Shown here: positions 1-9,605 of the stretch, piece after piece
How positions within the stretch are numbered: the stretch's first letter is position 1
Layout: every line of letters starts with the position of its first letter
NCBI GenBank assembly: GCA_046290465.1
Contig: JBKAGP010000001.1
Span: forward strand, 4,672,001-4,736,000
Direction of reading: 5' to 3'
Source: Planctomycetota bacterium
GTDB taxonomy: Bacteria > Planctomycetota > UBA1135 > UBA2386
DNA length: 64,000 nt
The notes under the pieces: model-generated
Databases searched by the model: none
The model's input: only the letters and a program-made list of their open reading frames with translations
What the model was told of the DNA's origin: nothing
Made by a program: the position numbers and the translations under genes

Positions 1-2
1 CC

Positions 3-332
3 GACGTGCACGCGTCGACCGACGACGGCAGCTTCGGCTTCCACGGCCTGGTGACGGCGCTGCTCGAGGACCTGCTCGCCAACGGGGCCGTCCGCGAGGG
101 CGAGACCGTGTTCTGCTGCGGACCCGACCCCATGATGCACGCCGTCGCCTCCCTGTGCGAACGGCGCGGCCTGCGCTGCTTCCTGAGCCTCGAGACCTAC
201 ATGGCCTGCGGCTACGGCGTCTGCAACGGCTGCACCGTCGAAGTCCAGGGCGACCGCTTCCACGGCTGGCCCTACTCCAAGACCTGCATGGAAGGCCCCA
301 TCTACGAAGCCTGCGAACTCAAGCAGTTCTGA
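3..332 (+). CDS. pyrK: Dihydroorotate dehydrogenase electron transfer subunit (C-terminal part, truncated by window edge)
   Basis: CGPDPMM NAD-binding loop and SLETYMACGYGVCNGC...C 2Fe-2S motif; frame open to the window start. Confidence 0.85.
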   Translation, partial: DVHASTDDGSFGFHGLVTALLEDLLANGAVREGETVFCCGPDPMMHAVASLCERRGLRCFLSLETYMACGYGVCNGCTVEVQGDRFHGWPYSKTCMEGPIYEACELKQF

Positions 333-391
333 GCCGTTCGTACGTCTGGTTTCGGGTCCATTAGGCTGGTTCCGGGAGCAGACCTGACGGA

Positions 392-1036
392 TCAGGAGTG
401 CGATCCGGTGGGCTGTCGCTTGCGGCCGAACATCGCGCCGAGCAGGAAGCCGGCGGTGACGGTCCACGGCACCCAGAAGCCGCCCTGCGCGATCGCGGTG
501 CTGAGCATGGTCGACGGCAGGTCGCGTTCGATGCCGGTCGGGCCGAACCTGGTGTAGTGCGTGTCCCACTCCATCTGCTTGGCGAGCAGCGTGAACACGA
601 CGACCAGGGCGCGCGCCGGGATCGCGTAGCACAGCATCGTCAAGGCCAGTCGCGGCCACAGCACGAACATGCCGACCATCAGCGTCGACGCGATGCCGGC
701 GAGTGTCAGCACGGCGACGCGCAGCTTCGCGAACGTCTCTTCGCTCTGGTCGGCCTCGAGCAGCGGCCCGAACTGCCAGCCGACCGACGCCACGATCGCG
801 GCGAATCCGATCAGCGACCACGGCCACGCCGGCCAGATCCGCGGCGTCGAACCCTCGCGGCGCAGCTGCATCCCGAACCACGCGCCGAACACGATCGCCA
901 GCCACGAGATGCCGAGCGGGTGCAGCGCGCCGCCGGAGCGCGGCGGGACCCACTCGTTGATCTCCGCGACCAGGCGCGCGGTGCTGACGAGCGCGGTGAT
1001 CAGCGACGGCCAGAGGATCAGGCGAAGCGTCGACAT
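392..1036 (-). CDS. Hypothetical integral membrane protein
   Basis: 214 aa with about 6 hydrophobic segments; co-oriented with the upstream gene. Confidence 0.75.
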   Translation of the reverse strand: MSTLRLILWPSLITALVSTARLVAEINEWVPPRSGGALHPLGISWLAIVFGAWFGMQLRREGSTPRIWPAWPWSLIGFAAIVASVGWQFGPLLEADQSEETFAKLRVAVLTLAGIASTLMVGMFVLWPRLALTMLCYAIPARALVVVFTLLAKQMEWDTHYTRFGPTGIERDLPSTMLSTAIAQGGFWVPWTVTAGFLLGAMFGRKRQPTGSHS

Positions 1037-1055
1037 GCGCAGCCCAACGGCGGGA

Positions 1056-1436
1056 TCAGCCCGGAATTGCGTGCTGCTGCAGCGCCGCGAGCGGCACGAT
1101 CTCCAGCGTGCGCTCGTGCGTCGACTCCAGCACGACCCGCGGCGCCTTGCCGGCCTCGGCCGCCTCCGCCCAGCGCGCCGCGCACAGGCACCAGCGGTCG
1201 CCCGGCTGCAGCCCGGCGAACGCGAACTCCGGTCGCGGCGTCGACAGGTCGTTGCCCGCCTCCTTGGAGAAGTGCAGGAACTCGTCGGTGACCTCGGCGC
1301 AGACCGTGTGCACGCCGTGGTCGTCGGCGGAGGTGTTGCAGCAGCCGTCGCGGAAGAACCCGGTCATGGGTTCGGTGCCACACGGTTTCAGTTCGGTTCC
1401 GAGGACGTTCTTGGCCAGGGCTTGCGTCGGGTTCAT
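1056..1436 (-). CDS. DUF2237 family protein
   Basis: NVLGTEL.PC...MTGFFRDGCC, H.VCA, GNDLSTPRPE, PGDRWCLCA.RW signature; ATG at 1436. Confidence 0.9.
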   Translation of the reverse strand: MNPTQALAKNVLGTELKPCGTEPMTGFFRDGCCNTSADDHGVHTVCAEVTDEFLHFSKEAGNDLSTPRPEFAFAGLQPGDRWCLCAARWAEAAEAGKAPRVVLESTHERTLEIVPLAALQQHAIPG

Positions 1437-1489
1437 CGGTGCTGGTCGCTTCGCGGTGACCAGCACTATAGATGCGTCGCCGGACGTTG

Positions 1490-3955
1490 CTACCAGCCGA
1501 TGCGCAGCGTGGTCGTGCGTTCGCGCTCGACCGAGAACCGCTCGAACCGCGCCGGCTCTTGGCCGCGTTGCGTCGACAGCACGTAGTCGCCCGGCGGCAG
1601 CTGCAGGTCGGTGTCGAGCACGCGCAGGCCGTCGACGCGCACGTCGAACGGTTGTCGCAGCGACGTGATCTCGACGTGCAGGTCCTTCGGCCGGTTCGTC
1701 GTCGGCGTCTCGAAGTGCAGCCGCCCGGGGCGCGGCAGCGGCACGGTGCCGAGGTCGCAGTCGGCCTTGCCGTCGATCCAGTGCCGTCCCAGCGACACCG
1801 CGCCGCAGCCGGGCAGCCACATCTCGACCTCGTAGAACCCGGCCGGCAGATGCTGTTGCTGCCACGGGAGGTGCGCCGACTCGACGACGCTCTCGATCTC
1901 CTGACCCTTGGCGTTGGTCCGCTTCGACTTCGCCCGCGGCACGCGGATGCCGCGGCTGACGTCCGACGCGACGTGCCGCACGCGCAGGCGCAGGTCGGTC
2001 AGGTCGCAGTCGTCGTCAGCGGTCGGCTGCATCGTCAGCGTGCTGCCTTCGCCGAGCGCGCCGGTCAGCGACAGGTCGGCCAGGCCGGGTAGCACGCTCG
2101 GTTCGCGTGCGATCGGGAAGCGACGGTCGTTGCCCTTGGCCCAGACCGTCACGGTGCCGCGCTGGTTGGGCAGGTTGGCGAGCACGAACGTGCCGTGCGC
2201 GTCGGTCATGGTCCGGTCGGCCCAGCTGCCGTCCTCGGCATACCACTCGACCGTGGCCTCGGCGATCGGCTCGCCGTCGCCGTCGAGCAGGACGCCGCGC
2301 ACGCACGCGTCGCGCTTCAGGTGCACGTCCTGGCGGTGCAGGCCGTTGGTCAGCAGCAGCGGCGCCGAGCCGAGCCCCGCCCGGTCGCCGCCGGCGCGGA
2401 TCACGACCTCGCCCCTGCCGAGGCCTTCGATGCGGTAGCGTCCCTGGTCGTCGGTGCGGGTCCGCTCGAGCGGCTGCGCGCCGCCGCCGAAGGCCATCAC
2501 CGGCACCCTGGCACACGGCCGGCCGTCCTCACCGAACACGATGCCCTCGACGACGCTGGTGGGCGCCTGCTCCGGGTTGGCCCGGTGCAGCCGGAACTTC
2601 GCGCCGCGAAGCTCGGGACTGGAGCCGGTGATCGCCAGCGAGGCGCTGGTGACCTCGTACTCGAGTTGCCCGAGCACGAGATCGAGGTGGCTGCTGGCGT
2701 CTTCGGGCTCGGTGCGGATCGACACCAGCGAACGTTCGCCAAACTGCGCGTGCGGATGGATGCCGAGGCCCAGTTCGGTGTCGTTGGTCCGTTCGGGGAT
2801 GGCCAGCTGCGAACTGATGTTGCTCAGGAAGCGAACCTGCGAGCCCTGGCTGTAGACGACGTACTGGCCGGTCTGCGCTTCGTGCAGCAGCGTCACGTGC
2901 GTTGGCTTGCCATGCTCGAGCACGACGCGCCGTCGGTGCCCGCGCGGATCGTGCAGGTCGACCTCGACGCGCGGCTGGCGGGCGTTCCACGAGACGACGG
3001 TGTCGCCGTCGGCGTCGGTGGCCTGCTTGCTGTAGCGCAACGCGCCGTGCGGTGGCGCCAGTCGCGGTCGGTAGTCCTTGATCGGCACGCCGAGCGGATC
3101 GACGACGTGCACGTGCAGCTCCATCGCGTACGGGTGCGCGAGCCAGCTGTCGTCGGTCGGGCCGCCGGCCATCGTCGTGCGCGCCGTGTCGTCGGGATCC
3201 GCGAGGTCGGGAGCCTCGGAGCTGCTCGCCGCGCCGTGCTCGACGCTCGTCTGCTGCTGGCCGATCGGTGGCGCCGGCTCACCGCCGTCGTAGAGCATCC
3301 ATCCGCCGAAACACAGCACGGCCGCCGCGGCGGCCACCTTCATCGAGGTCTTCATCACCAGCACTCCAGTCGTCACGGGAATCACGATGGAGCCGAGCGG
3401 CAGGCCGAACGCGACCGCGAGCGCGGGTCGCCATTCGTGTCGGCCGTCGCGGGACATGCGTTCGCGCAGCTGCGCCAGCCCGCGCGCGAGCCGGCTCTTG
3501 ACCGTCGCGACGTTGCTGTCGGTGCGCTTCGCGATCGCGCGCGGCGGCAGGTCCTCGAAGTAGCGCAGGAACACCACGGTCTGGTACGGCTCGTCGAGCT
3601 GCAGCACGGCGTCGGTCACCGACTGCAGCGTTTCCCGCCGCGCCAGGACCTCGGCCGGGGACGGCTGGCCCTCCCTTGCAGCACGCTCGGCGTGCCGGGT
3701 CTCCCGCTGCAGTCGGCGGCGTTCGCCACGCCGCCACTGGCGGGTGAAGTTGGTCACCGTGCGCTGCAGCCAGCCGCCGAGCGGCCCTGGCTGCAGTTCG
3801 TTCCGCGAGGTCCAGGCCTTGGCCAGCGTCTGCTGCGCGACGTCCTCGGCCGCGTGCGGGTCACGCAGCAGGTCGCGCGCGAGGCTGCGCACGGATGCGG
3901 CGTGGCGTTGCAGTTCCTGGTGTAGGTCGTCGGACATCGGCTCCGAGGGTTCCAT
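1490..3955 (-). CDS. ECF sigma-70 factor with TM helix and long C-terminal carboxypeptidase-regulatory-like (beta-sandwich) repeats
   Basis: AEDVAQQT region 2; LDEPYQTVVFLRYFEDL...IA...ATVKSRLARG region 4; TM segment; repeated GxVxDxDGxP motifs. Confidence 0.85.
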   Translation of the reverse strand: MEPSEPMSDDLHQELQRHAASVRSLARDLLRDPHAAEDVAQQTLAKAWTSRNELQPGPLGGWLQRTVTNFTRQWRRGERRRLQRETRHAERAAREGQPSPAEVLARRETLQSVTDAVLQLDEPYQTVVFLRYFEDLPPRAIAKRTDSNVATVKSRLARGLAQLRERMSRDGRHEWRPALAVAFGLPLGSIVIPVTTGVLVMKTSMKVAAAAAVLCFGGWMLYDGGEPAPPIGQQQTSVEHGAASSSEAPDLADPDDTARTTMAGGPTDDSWLAHPYAMELHVHVVDPLGVPIKDYRPRLAPPHGALRYSKQATDADGDTVVSWNARQPRVEVDLHDPRGHRRRVVLEHGKPTHVTLLHEAQTGQYVVYSQGSQVRFLSNISSQLAIPERTNDTELGLGIHPHAQFGERSLVSIRTEPEDASSHLDLVLGQLEYEVTSASLAITGSSPELRGAKFRLHRANPEQAPTSVVEGIVFGEDGRPCARVPVMAFGGGAQPLERTRTDDQGRYRIEGLGRGEVVIRAGGDRAGLGSAPLLLTNGLHRQDVHLKRDACVRGVLLDGDGEPIAEATVEWYAEDGSWADRTMTDAHGTFVLANLPNQRGTVTVWAKGNDRRFPIAREPSVLPGLADLSLTGALGEGSTLTMQPTADDDCDLTDLRLRVRHVASDVSRGIRVPRAKSKRTNAKGQEIESVVESAHLPWQQQHLPAGFYEVEMWLPGCGAVSLGRHWIDGKADCDLGTVPLPRPGRLHFETPTTNRPKDLHVEITSLRQPFDVRVDGLRVLDTDLQLPPGDYVLSTQRGQEPARFERFSVERERTTTLRIGW

Positions 3956-4016
3956 GCCGCACGACGCCGATCGATGGCGGAGAACTCACGAGTTTTCCGC
4001 CGGTGGTCCGGAGGCG

Positions 4017-5549
4017 CTACTTGCCGTCGATCGCCTTCAGCGGAAAGACCGACGACGGCGTGTGTTCGCGTGCGGCGATCTTCATCAGCTCGGCGACCTT
4101 GTCGGGCATCTCGGCGGCCAGGTCGTGCTGCTCGCGAGGATCCTTGCGCAGGTCGTAGAGCTCGGTCTTGGGCTGCTTGTGCATGTTCTTGCGCACCAGC
4201 TTGTAGCCACCGGCCCAGACCGCCTGCCAGCCGCGGTAGCCGGCGAACTCGCGGTAGAGGAACTCGCGATCGGCCTGCTCCTCGCCGCGCAGGGTCTGCG
4301 CGAAGCCGACCCCGTTGCAGCCATCGGGAACCTCACCACCGCACAGCGCGGCCAGCGTCGGCATCCAGTCCTCGAAGCCGGTCACGCGATCGCTGGCGCT
4401 GCCGGGCTCGACGTGGCCGGGCCAGCGCACGATCGCGGGAACGCGCACGCCGCCCTCGTACATCGACCCCTTGCGGCCGCGCAGCTCGCCGCACGATTCG
4501 AAGTAGTCGACGTCGGTGCCGCCGATCGGGCTGTGGGTCGCGCCGTTGTCCGACGTGAACACGACGATCGTGTCGTCGGCGAGATCGAGCTCGTCGAGGA
4601 TGTCGAGCAGTTCGCCGACCGAGCGGTCGAGGCGCGTGATCATCGCCGCGTAGGCAGCCTTCGGCTTGAAGTGCGGGGTGTAGCCCTTGCCGCCCGGATA
4701 CGGCTTGTCGTCGAACGCACCTTCGTACTGCGCCAGCTCCTCCTCGGGGACGTGCAGCGCCAGGTGTGGGATCACCGACGGGTAGTAGAGGAAGAACGGC
4801 TTGTCCTTGTTGCTGATCAAGAACGCCTTCGCCGCCGCCAGGATGTGGTCCGGCGCGTAGTCCTGGCCGCGGAAGCGCGCGTAGTTGGCCGGGTCGTTGG
4901 CATCCTCGCCGTTCTTCAGCTTGCCGTGGCCGGGCACGGCCGGCGAATTGGCCAGCCGGACCTTCTCACGGTCGCTCCACAGGTAGTCGGGGTAGTAGCT
5001 GTGCGCGTGGCGCTGGCAGTTGTAGCCGAAGAAGCGGTCGTAGCCGCGCGCCAGCGGATCGGCGTCGCTGCCCGGTGGGCCGAGGCCCCACTTGCCGAAC
5101 GCGCCGGTCGCATAGCCGGCATCGTGCAGCATCTCGCTCATCATCGGTTCGCCGCTGGGCAGCGCCCACTGCCCCTCCGGCTTGTGCTCCTTGTTGTTGC
5201 GCACGGCGGCGGTGCCCGGGTGCTTGCCGGTCATCAGCACGCAGCGCGATGGTGCGCACACGGGAGAACCCGAATAGTGCCGCGTCAGCCGCATGCCCTG
5301 GGCCGCGAGCCGGTCGAGCCGCGGCGTGCGGATCTTCTTCTGGCCGAAGCTGCCGAGCTCGCCGTAGCCGAGGTCGTCGGCCATCACGAACAGCACGTTG
5401 GGCTGCTTGCGCGTCTCGGCGCCGACGGTGCGGCCGAGGAAGCCCGCGGCTGCGCGGCGCGCCTGCTGATCCGGCTGCTGGCCCGCCAGCGGGCTCGGCA
5501 TCGGGATCACCAGCACGGCGACGAATGCGGAGAGGAGGTGGCGTTGCAT
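4017..5549 (-). CDS. Arylsulfatase (formylglycine-dependent sulfatase)
   Basis: PNVLFVMADDLGYG, CAPSR FGly motif, GKWGLG, FTSDNG, GRKGSMYEGGVRVP; signal peptide. Confidence 0.93.
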   Translation of the reverse strand: MQRHLLSAFVAVLVIPMPSPLAGQQPDQQARRAAAGFLGRTVGAETRKQPNVLFVMADDLGYGELGSFGQKKIRTPRLDRLAAQGMRLTRHYSGSPVCAPSRCVLMTGKHPGTAAVRNNKEHKPEGQWALPSGEPMMSEMLHDAGYATGAFGKWGLGPPGSDADPLARGYDRFFGYNCQRHAHSYYPDYLWSDREKVRLANSPAVPGHGKLKNGEDANDPANYARFRGQDYAPDHILAAAKAFLISNKDKPFFLYYPSVIPHLALHVPEEELAQYEGAFDDKPYPGGKGYTPHFKPKAAYAAMITRLDRSVGELLDILDELDLADDTIVVFTSDNGATHSPIGGTDVDYFESCGELRGRKGSMYEGGVRVPAIVRWPGHVEPGSASDRVTGFEDWMPTLAALCGGEVPDGCNGVGFAQTLRGEEQADREFLYREFAGYRGWQAVWAGGYKLVRKNMHKQPKTELYDLRKDPREQHDLAAEMPDKVAELMKIAAREHTPSSVFPLKAIDGK

Positions 5550-5640
5550 GGCGCGCAGTCTAGCCCGCATCGCGGCGGCGGTCTCGATCTGGTCCGGCTC
5601 GCTACCGGGCGTGGCCGATACGGCCGAGGAGCTGGTGCGC

Positions 5641-6312
5641 ATGAACCCGAATCCGCAAGACCCTGACCTTCGCCCCGACCGCAGCCGCGCGCTGCAGCGC
5701 GCCGCGGTGCTGGTGGCGCTGCTGCTGCTGGCGTTCTACGCCGCGATCCCGAACCTCGACGGCGTGCCGCGACGATCGGCCAACGAGAGCGCGGCGATCG
5801 CGACGCTGAAGAACCTGCGCGCCGGCCAGCGGGACCTTCGTGAGCGCGCCCTGGTCGATCGCGATGGCGACGGCGTCGGTGAGCACGGCTTCCTCGCGCA
5901 GCTGGCGGGCGCGGCCGAGTTGCCCGGCGGCGGCGTCGCCGACCCGCCGCTGGTATCGAGGGCGTTCGGCAACGTCGTCGACGGGCGGGTCCTGCGCAGT
6001 GGCTACCGCTTCGCGATGTTCCTGCCGCGTGCCGGCGGCGGCTGGCTGTCGGAGCTGCCGGACGGCGGCGAGCCGGACGACGTCGACGCCGACGCCGCGG
6101 AGCGTTCGTGGCTGCTGTACGCATGGCCGGTGGCACCGCGACGTTCTGGTCGGCGCAGCTTCGTCATCGACGAGCACGGCGACGTGCACGCGACCGGGGA
6201 CCACCGCGAGCCGGTGCCGGGGGTCAGCGCGTTCTGCGTCGTCGACGGGCAGCGGCAACTGGCGCACGCCACGGCCGACGAGCGCGGGGCGGTCTGGGTG
6301 ATCGTGCAGTAG
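5641..6312 (+). CDS. Pilin-like membrane-anchored protein (PNL...NESAAIATLK type, DUF2950-like C-terminus)
   Basis: TM helix then IPNL...ANESAAIATLKNL...DxDGDGVGEHG...SGYRF...YAWP...GRRSFVI. Confidence 0.7.
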   Translation: MNPNPQDPDLRPDRSRALQRAAVLVALLLLAFYAAIPNLDGVPRRSANESAAIATLKNLRAGQRDLRERALVDRDGDGVGEHGFLAQLAGAAELPGGGVADPPLVSRAFGNVVDGRVLRSGYRFAMFLPRAGGGWLSELPDGGEPDDVDADAAERSWLLYAWPVAPRRSGRRSFVIDEHGDVHATGDHREPVPGVSAFCVVDGQRQLAHATADERGAVWVIVQ

Positions 6313-6465
6313 GCGTCGCCGTCTCATTCCGGGCTGCGCCGACTTCAGTCGAGCGCGCCGGCCGACGACATAGGTGCGCCGGAGTGGACGGAGCATCGAT
6401 CGGTGGTCCGCGCGCCCGGCGTCCACCCACACTTCGGCGCCACGTTCTCGAACCAAGGAATGGTC

Positions 6466-7506
6466 ATGAACGTGCACTCGCGTCCTTCTTCTGCTGCTCT
6501 TCGTCGCCGCCAGCGCCTTCCTGGCGGCATTCCTGCGGCGCCGCCTGGCCGGCGGCGACCTGCACGCACCGGTTGGCTGGTGCTCGCCGTCGGCGGCGTC
6601 GTCGCCGTCGCGGCGACCGCGTTCGGCGTGCCCGTCCTCGACGGGTTTGCGGGCGGACCGGATCGGCAGCACGTCGACGTGCTGTTCGGTCACGACGCGC
6701 GCGTGCTCGGCTCGGTGCAGACGAACGACGCGCAGGTGGAGCTCGGCAGGTGGCTGTTCGAGCACACGCCGGTCGCCGCCGGCGCGGGCCATGCGAGCTG
6801 TGCCGAATGCCATCCGCGCGATCGGCTCGGCACCGACGGCCGGACCCACGAACGCAACACGCCGGCGCTGGTCGACGTGTCGCGGCAGCTGGTGCTCGGC
6901 TGGGACGGGGGCGAACGCGACCTCGTCGAGGTGGTCCGTCGAGAGCTGATCTCGCGATGCGGGATCGTCGACGACGTCGCGGTGCGCGACCTCCTGGAAG
7001 CCGACGACGAGCTGCGCGCGCTCTACCAGCGCGCGTTCCCGCGGCAGCCGGCCTCGCTCGGACGGTTGGCGGTGGCGCTGTCCGGCGAGCTGTCGACCTG
7101 GACCACGCGCGGCCGCTGGGACCGCTACGTCGAAGGCGACGACCATGCGTTGACGGCACTCGAGCGCCGCGGCCTCGAGCAGTTCGTCGCGGTCGGCTGC
7201 GGCGCCTGCCATCGTGGCCGCAACCTCGGCGGTGCGTCGGCGCACGTGCTCGGCTTGCGCCACGAGTACGACACCGACGACGACGGCCGCATGGCCGTCA
7301 CCGGGCGGCGCGAGGACCATCGCGTGTTCAAGGCGCCGATGCTGCGCCACGCGGCGAGGACCGGCCCCTACCTGCACGACGGTTCGGTGCACGAGCTGGC
7401 GGAGGTGGTGCGGCGGATGGCGCACCACGAACTCGACCGGCAGCTGCGCGACGACCAGGTGCAGGCGATCGTCGCGTTCCTGCAGGCGACCTCCGAGTCG
7501 CGGTGA
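6466..7506 (+). CDS. Di-heme cytochrome c peroxidase (bCcP/MauG family)-like protein
   Basis: CAECH and CGACH heme motifs, RNTP, WDG, FKAPMLR, TGPYLHDGS; AAGGA RBS before ATG 6466. Confidence 0.8.
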   Translation: MNVHSRPSSAALRRRQRLPGGIPAAPPGRRRPARTGWLVLAVGGVVAVAATAFGVPVLDGFAGGPDRQHVDVLFGHDARVLGSVQTNDAQVELGRWLFEHTPVAAGAGHASCAECHPRDRLGTDGRTHERNTPALVDVSRQLVLGWDGGERDLVEVVRRELISRCGIVDDVAVRDLLEADDELRALYQRAFPRQPASLGRLAVALSGELSTWTTRGRWDRYVEGDDHALTALERRGLEQFVAVGCGACHRGRNLGGASAHVLGLRHEYDTDDDGRMAVTGRREDHRVFKAPMLRHAARTGPYLHDGSVHELAEVVRRMAHHELDRQLRDDQVQAIVAFLQATSESR

Positions 7507-7560
7507 GCACGGCACGACGGAGCCACGTGCCTTCTTCCTACCGAGACCTGGAGACGAACG

Positions 7561-8298
7561 ATGAACGATGACAATGATGGGGTCGACGCGATCGATCCTC
7601 GAACGCCCGAACCCGAGGTCGCCCGACCGCGACGCCTGCGCTGGTGGTTGGCCGGTGCGCTGGCCGCGGCCCTGACGACGATCTGGTTGGTGGTGATCGA
7701 ACCCAACCTGCGCGCCGCGCGCATCAACCGCAACGAGTCCGCGGCGATCGCCGCACTCAAGAACATCTCGTCGGCGCAGGCGCAGATGCAGGCGGCCGGC
7801 GTCAACGACGGCGACGGCAACGGCCAGGGCGAGTATGCGTTCTTCGGCCAGCTGGCCGGCAGCGCGTTGCTGCGCCGCCCTTCGGGGCAGCCGCCGGTGC
7901 GCTGTGATCCGCCGGTGTTGTCGGCGAGGTTCGGCGACGTCGTCGACGGCCGCGTGCGCGTCGGCGGCTATTGGTTCGAGATGTTCCTGGCGACGGCCGA
8001 CGGAGAGTGGGTCGCGGAGCGCGCGGACCAGGTGCACCTGGTCAGCATCGCGGAGTCCGAGGTGCTGTGGACCTGCTACGCATATCCGGTCGAGCTGGGT
8101 GTGACCGGTCGACGTGCGTTCATGACCAACCAGTCCGGCGACGTGTTGATGACCAACCAGGCCGGCTATGCCGGCGACGATCGACCCGAGCCGGGACTAG
8201 CGGGGTTTGCCTACGACGGCGACCCGACCTGGATCGTCGGCGCGCGCGTCGCTGCCAACACCGCCGACGCGCACGGACACACCTGGGTCGTCGGTTGA
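7561..8298 (+). CDS. Second pilin-like membrane-anchored protein (paralog of 5641-6312)
   Basis: TM then PNLRAARINRNESAAIAALKNISSAQ...DGDGNGQGEY...GGYWF...YAYP...GRRAF. Confidence 0.75.
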   Translation: MNDDNDGVDAIDPRTPEPEVARPRRLRWWLAGALAAALTTIWLVVIEPNLRAARINRNESAAIAALKNISSAQAQMQAAGVNDGDGNGQGEYAFFGQLAGSALLRRPSGQPPVRCDPPVLSARFGDVVDGRVRVGGYWFEMFLATADGEWVAERADQVHLVSIAESEVLWTCYAYPVELGVTGRRAFMTNQSGDVLMTNQAGYAGDDRPEPGLAGFAYDGDPTWIVGARVAANTADAHGHTWVVG

Positions 8299-8358
8299 TG
8301 AGAACGCTTCCAGTCGCGTGACGATTGGATCCCGAGCGTGGAGGCGTAGCCTGACCGC

Positions 8359-9573
8359 ATGAACACGGTCGGGCGGCGCCTGTTCTGGATCACGACGAGC
8401 CTCGCGCTCGCGGTCTGCTGCGTGCAGACGATCCGCAAGGCGCTGCGGCCGTATGGCTACGACCTGACGGCCTACCTCGACGCCGGCGCCGCGGCGCTCG
8501 CAGGCCAGAGCCCATACGGGTTGGAGGTGACGTTCCCCTATCTGTACTCGCCATTCTTCGCGTGCCTGATGGTGCCGTGGACCTGGCTGCCGGGGACCGT
8601 CGCGGCGCTCTTGTGGTTTGCGATCAGCGTCTGGTCGCTCGGCTACGTGGTCGCGCGCGTCGGTGGCTGGGTCGGCGGCACGGCGCGCAGCGGCGGCTGG
8701 TGGCTCGCGGCGATGGCGCTGCTCGCCGTCGGCTGGTACCGGATCGTGCACAGCAACCTCGTCAACGGCCAGGTCAACCTGATCCTGTTGGCCATGTGCG
8801 TCGCGAGCTTCGAGGCCGAACGGCGCGGCCGCAGCGCAAGGGCCGGGTTCTGGCTGGCGCTGGCCGTGCACACCAAGGCGCTGCCGATCCTGCTGCTCGG
8901 CTACCTGCTGGTCCGACGGCGCTGGGCCGCGATCGGTTGGTGCGCGTCGTTCGGCGTCGCGTTCGCGGTCGCGCCGGCGGTGTTCTGGGGTGATGAGACG
9001 CTGGCGGTGTATCGCGCCTACGTCGAACAGCTGCAGCAGAAGATCGCGCGCGGCACGATCGACGACGGCGCGATCACGATCGCCAGCCGCGGGGATCTCG
9101 AGTACTTCACGCTGCGCGGGTTGCTGGCGGTGCTGTTGCCGTCGACCTCGGCGAGCGTGCTCGTCAAGTATGCGTGCCTTGCGGCCGTGGTCGGTGGCGC
9201 GTTCGTCGTCGACCTGGTGGCGCGCCGGTCACGCGAACGGCTCGTGCACGGCGCCGCGTTCGCGACCTGGCTCGCGGCGTCGCTGCTGATCTCGCCGATC
9301 TCGGAGAAGCACCACCTGGCGTTGACGTTCCCGGCATGGGCGGTGGGGGCGTTTGCGGTGGCGCGGCGTCCAAGTGCGGTTGCGATCGGTCTGTTGGCCG
9401 CGTGCACGGTCGTGATCTGGATCGCCAAGCACCTGCCCGAGGGGCCTTGGTACCTGCTGACGATCGTCGTGTCGCTGGCGATGGTGTGGCACGCAGCGTC
9501 GCCACGCAGCGGCCAGGTGGAACGCGAGGCCGGCTCCCTGCGCGAGGCCGTCGGCGGATCGGCTTCGACCTAG
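8359..9573 (+). CDS. Glycosyltransferase family 87 (GT-C, DUF2029-like) membrane protein
   Basis: DL.AY, SPY, YLYSPFFA, NGQVN, K.LP, SPIS..HH motifs; multiple TMs. Confidence 0.8.
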   Translation: MNTVGRRLFWITTSLALAVCCVQTIRKALRPYGYDLTAYLDAGAAALAGQSPYGLEVTFPYLYSPFFACLMVPWTWLPGTVAALLWFAISVWSLGYVVARVGGWVGGTARSGGWWLAAMALLAVGWYRIVHSNLVNGQVNLILLAMCVASFEAERRGRSARAGFWLALAVHTKALPILLLGYLLVRRRWAAIGWCASFGVAFAVAPAVFWGDETLAVYRAYVEQLQQKIARGTIDDGAITIASRGDLEYFTLRGLLAVLLPSTSASVLVKYACLAAVVGGAFVVDLVARRSRERLVHGAAFATWLAASLLISPISEKHHLALTFPAWAVGAFAVARRPSAVAIGLLAACTVVIWIAKHLPEGPWYLLTIVVSLAMVWHAASPRSGQVEREAGSLREAVGGSAST

Positions 9574-9605
9574 AGGAGCAACCGCCTTCTCGGCCGGTCC
9601 TCTAG
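9570..9605. repeat. 36-bp CTAG-bounded element with 8-bp terminal inverted repeat
   Basis: ctagagga (9570-9577) ... tcctctag (9598-9605); abuts the 83-bp array. Confidence 0.5.
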
